NCBI GenBank assembly: GCA_016212085.1
Contig: JACRHL010000003.1
Coordinates: 321,178-385,177 of the forward strand
DNA: 64,000 bases
Direction of reading: 5' to 3'
Origin: Nitrospirota bacterium
GTDB taxonomy: Bacteria; Nitrospirota; JACRHL01
How positions within the stretch are numbered: the stretch's first letter is position 1; each line of letters begins with the position of its first letter. A model generated the notes under the pieces. It did not search any database. It saw only the letters and a list, made by a program, of their open reading frames with translations, and was not told where the DNA came from. Position numbers and translations under genes: made by a program. This document shows, in pieces, positions 61,325 to 64,000 of this stretch.

Positions 61325-62731
61325 TTGATCCACACCGAAACCCACGACATCGCCACCCTGGCGCCATTCCTCAAGGACCTGGTGCGCCACATGGAGCGGC
61401 GCGTCCCCTACGCCGCCGTGCTGGTCACCGACGAGGCCGGCGAGCGCGTGCGCACCGCCACCACCGAGGAGCAGGTGGGCGAGGCGCCGCCGTCGCGCGG
61501 GGCCGTCGTCACCGTGCATACCGGCCGCGCCACGGTGGAGGCGGCGGTGGACGTGCTGACCGAGGAGGCGCTGGCGGAAGCCGCCGAGCAGGCGATGGCC
61601 CGCGCCGCGCAGGCGGGGCTGCTGGACGGGGGCGTGGCGCCGGATCCGGGCCCGGTCATGGACCACGACTTCGCCACGCCGGAGGAGACGCCCTACGCGG
61701 CGGTGCCCCTGGCGGACAAGGTGGCCCGCGCCCGCGCCCTGCGCGACCAGGCCCACGCGGCGGACGGCCGGGTGGTGAACGCCTTCGGCATGATCTCCCA
61801 CACCCGCTCCCGCGAGTTGTTCGTCAACCGCAACAAGCGGCTGTTCCAGGACCTGCGCCGCACCCAGGCGGTGGTGGGGGTGACGGTGAGCGTGGACGGC
61901 GCGGCGGCGGCCCTGATGGACGGCCGCGGCCGCCGCGGCGGCTGGGAGGCGGCGGCCCTGCCCGACGGGCTGGTGCCGCGACTGGTGGCGGACTGCGCGC
62001 GCATCGCCGGTGCGCCGCGCCTGAAGGCCGGTTACTACGACTGCATCTTCTCGCCGGAGTTCTCCGGCATCTTCGCCCACGAGGCGTTCGGCCACGGCAC
62101 CGAGGCCGACATGTTCGTGAAGAAGCGCTCCAAGGGCGAGGAATACCTGGGCAAGCCCGTGGCCGCGCCGCAGGTGACCCTGTTCGACGACCCGGACCTG
62201 CCGGACGCGGCGGCCAGCTACTTCTTCGACCACGAGGGGCAGCTTGCAAGCCGCACCCAGATCATCGAGAAGGGCGTCCTGGTGCGCCCCATCACCGACA
62301 TGCACACCGCCCACGCCCTGGGCCTGCCGCGCACCGCCAACGGCCGCCGCGAGTCGTTCGCGCGCAAGGCCTATACGCGCATGAGCAACACCTTCTTCGG
62401 CCCCGGCCACCACGATTTTGGCGACATGCTGGCGGACATCGAATATGGCTTCTACCTGGAGCGCCCATCCAACGGCATGGAGGACCCCAAGAGCTGGGGC
62501 ATCCAGCTGGAGGGGCACATGGCGTCGGAGATCATGAACGGCAAGCTCACCGGCCGCATATTCTCCCCGGTGATCGTCACCGGCTACGTGCCGGAGCTGC
62601 TCACCTCCATCACCATGGTGGGGCGCGAGGTCGAGATCACCGGCCTGGGCATGTGCGGCAAGGGCTACAAGGAGTGGGTCAAGGTGACCGACGGCGGCCC
62701 CTGCCTGCGCCTCAAGGCGCGCCTGGCATGA
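61325..62731 (+). CDS. tldD: TldD-family metallopeptidase
   Basis: HExxxH-type motif FAHEAFGHG and C-terminal GxC motif (GLGMCGKG); TTG start at 61325 uncertain. Confidence 0.75.
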   Translation: MIHTETHDIATLAPFLKDLVRHMERRVPYAAVLVTDEAGERVRTATTEEQVGEAPPSRGAVVTVHTGRATVEAAVDVLTEEALAEAAEQAMARAAQAGLLDGGVAPDPGPVMDHDFATPEETPYAAVPLADKVARARALRDQAHAADGRVVNAFGMISHTRSRELFVNRNKRLFQDLRRTQAVVGVTVSVDGAAAALMDGRGRRGGWEAAALPDGLVPRLVADCARIAGAPRLKAGYYDCIFSPEFSGIFAHEAFGHGTEADMFVKKRSKGEEYLGKPVAAPQVTLFDDPDLPDAAASYFFDHEGQLASRTQIIEKGVLVRPITDMHTAHALGLPRTANGRRESFARKAYTRMSNTFFGPGHHDFGDMLADIEYGFYLERPSNGMEDPKSWGIQLEGHMASEIMNGKLTGRIFSPVIVTGYVPELLTSITMVGREVEITGLGMCGKGYKEWVKVTDGGPCLRLKARLA

Positions 62732-64000
62732 GCCTGGACGCCATCACCCGCGCCCTGTCCGCCGCCCCCGGCGTGGCCGCCTGGCATGTGTGCGAGCGGG
62801 TGCTCACCAGCCATCAGCACTACCGGGTGTTCAAGGCGGTGGAAGCGGAGCGGAGCGCGCGCATGCGCACCGTGCAGATCACCCTGCACACGGCCGGCAC
62901 CCGCGACGGCCAGCCGGTCATCGGCGAGGCCACCATCACCCTCACCGGCGACGCCACGGAGATTCCCGCCCAGCGCCTGCGCGAGGCGGTGGCCCAGGCC
63001 ACCCTGGTGGCCAACCCCGCCTACACCCTGCCCGGCCGGGCGGCGGTGCCGGACATGGCCCTGGCCGATCCGGACATCGTCACCGACCCGTGGGCGGTGA
63101 TCGCCGACCTGACCGCCCAGATGGACGCGGGCGCGGGCGCCACCCCCATCTGCGCGTCGGAACTGTTCGCCGACGTGCAAACCCTGACCGTGGTCACCTC
63201 CGGCGGCTTTTCCGGCCGCTACACGGGCACGGAGCTGTTCGCCGAGTTCGTGTTGCTGGCGGAGGATGGAAAAAACAGCGTGGAGTGCCACGGCATGCGC
63301 CGCGCGCGCCGCCCCGCGGAACTGGAGCTGGCCCCCGCCCTGGCCCGCCACGCGGGCTGGACGGCGGACCGGCTGCGCGCCACCCTGCCCGCCACCGCCA
63401 CCCTGCCCGTGGTGTTCGGCGAGGAGGCCCTCGATTCCCTGTTCGACACCTTCGTGGCTCACGCGGGGGGCCGCGCCCGTTTCGAGGGCTGGTCGCGCCT
63501 GGCGGAGGGCAAGCCCCTGATCGCCGACCTGGCCGGCGAGGCGCTCTCCATCGCCGTGGACGCCACCCTGCCGTGGCGCCTGTCGAGCCGCCCGTTCGAC
63601 ATGGAGGGGCAGGTGAACCACCGGGTGGACATCGTGCAGGACGGCCGCTTCGAGCGGCGGGTGGCCTCCAAGCGCTATGCGGACTATCTGGGGATCGCGG
63701 CCACCGGCAGCGGCGGCAGCGTGGTGGTGGCGACCGGCGCCACCCCAATGGCCGAACTACTGGCGGGCGGCCCCGTGCTGCACGCCCTGCGCTTCTCCAC
63801 CTTCCACCCCAATCCGGTGACCGGGGCGTTCTCCGGCGAGCTGCGCACCGCCTACCTGGTGGGGGCGGACGGCAGGGCCACGCCGGTGTGCGGCGGCAGC
63901 GTGAGCGGCAACGTGTGGGAGGCGTTCAGGAACGCACGACTGTCCAGGGAGCGGACCGTGCGGCCGGGATACGACGGCCCGGCGGGGGTGCGCCTGCACG
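62728..64000 (+). CDS. PmbA/TldE-family protein (partial, continues beyond window)
   Basis: ATG 62728 overlaps tldD stop (ATGA); open frame to end of window; TldD/PmbA-family C-terminal region without HExxH. Confidence 0.65.
   Translation, partial: MSLDAITRALSAAPGVAAWHVCERVLTSHQHYRVFKAVEAERSARMRTVQITLHTAGTRDGQPVIGEATITLTGDATEIPAQRLREAVAQATLVANPAYTLPGRAAVPDMALADPDIVTDPWAVIADLTAQMDAGAGATPICASELFADVQTLTVVTSGGFSGRYTGTELFAEFVLLAEDGKNSVECHGMRRARRPAELELAPALARHAGWTADRLRATLPATATLPVVFGEEALDSLFDTFVAHAGGRARFEGWSRLAEGKPLIADLAGEALSIAVDATLPWRLSSRPFDMEGQVNHRVDIVQDGRFERRVASKRYADYLGIAATGSGGSVVVATGATPMAELLAGGPVLHALRFSTFHPNPVTGAFSGELRTAYLVGADGRATPVCGGSVSGNVWEAFRNARLSRERTVRPGYDGPAGVRLH

Overview
64-kb high-GC (~68-70% GC) proteobacterial chromosomal segment, densely coding on both strands. 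Housekeeping genes recognised: cobU-cobT-cobS, panE, recO, mgtE, era, guaB-guaA, dnaE, accA, queC, trpS, and sdhA-sdhB with a CCG-domain (HdrB-like) third subunit. Accessory content: a mer locus (merR divergent from trx-like/merT/merP/merB/merF/small Cys-rich ORF, no merA in window), an arsM with an in-frame stop, an IS3 transposase remnant, a ~1.3-kb low-GC island (FRG-domain protein + lipoprotein) flanked by attC-like inverted repeats, an outer-membrane barrel/LolA-like/c-type cytochrome operon, and a VWA-protein/J-domain-protein pair. Three families of small non-autonomous repeat elements are interspersed (12 copies): a 143-bp TIR-bounded MITE (7 copies, 4-bp target duplications), one copy of which sits in-frame inside dnaE, and two hairpin-rich elements lying between CTAG duplications exactly at TAG stop codons. 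No rRNA, tRNA or CRISPR array was recognised. All calls come from manual reading of the sequence and ORF track; product names rest on remembered motif/family similarity, not database searches. The track translates GTG/TTG starts as M, so several starts were re-chosen.
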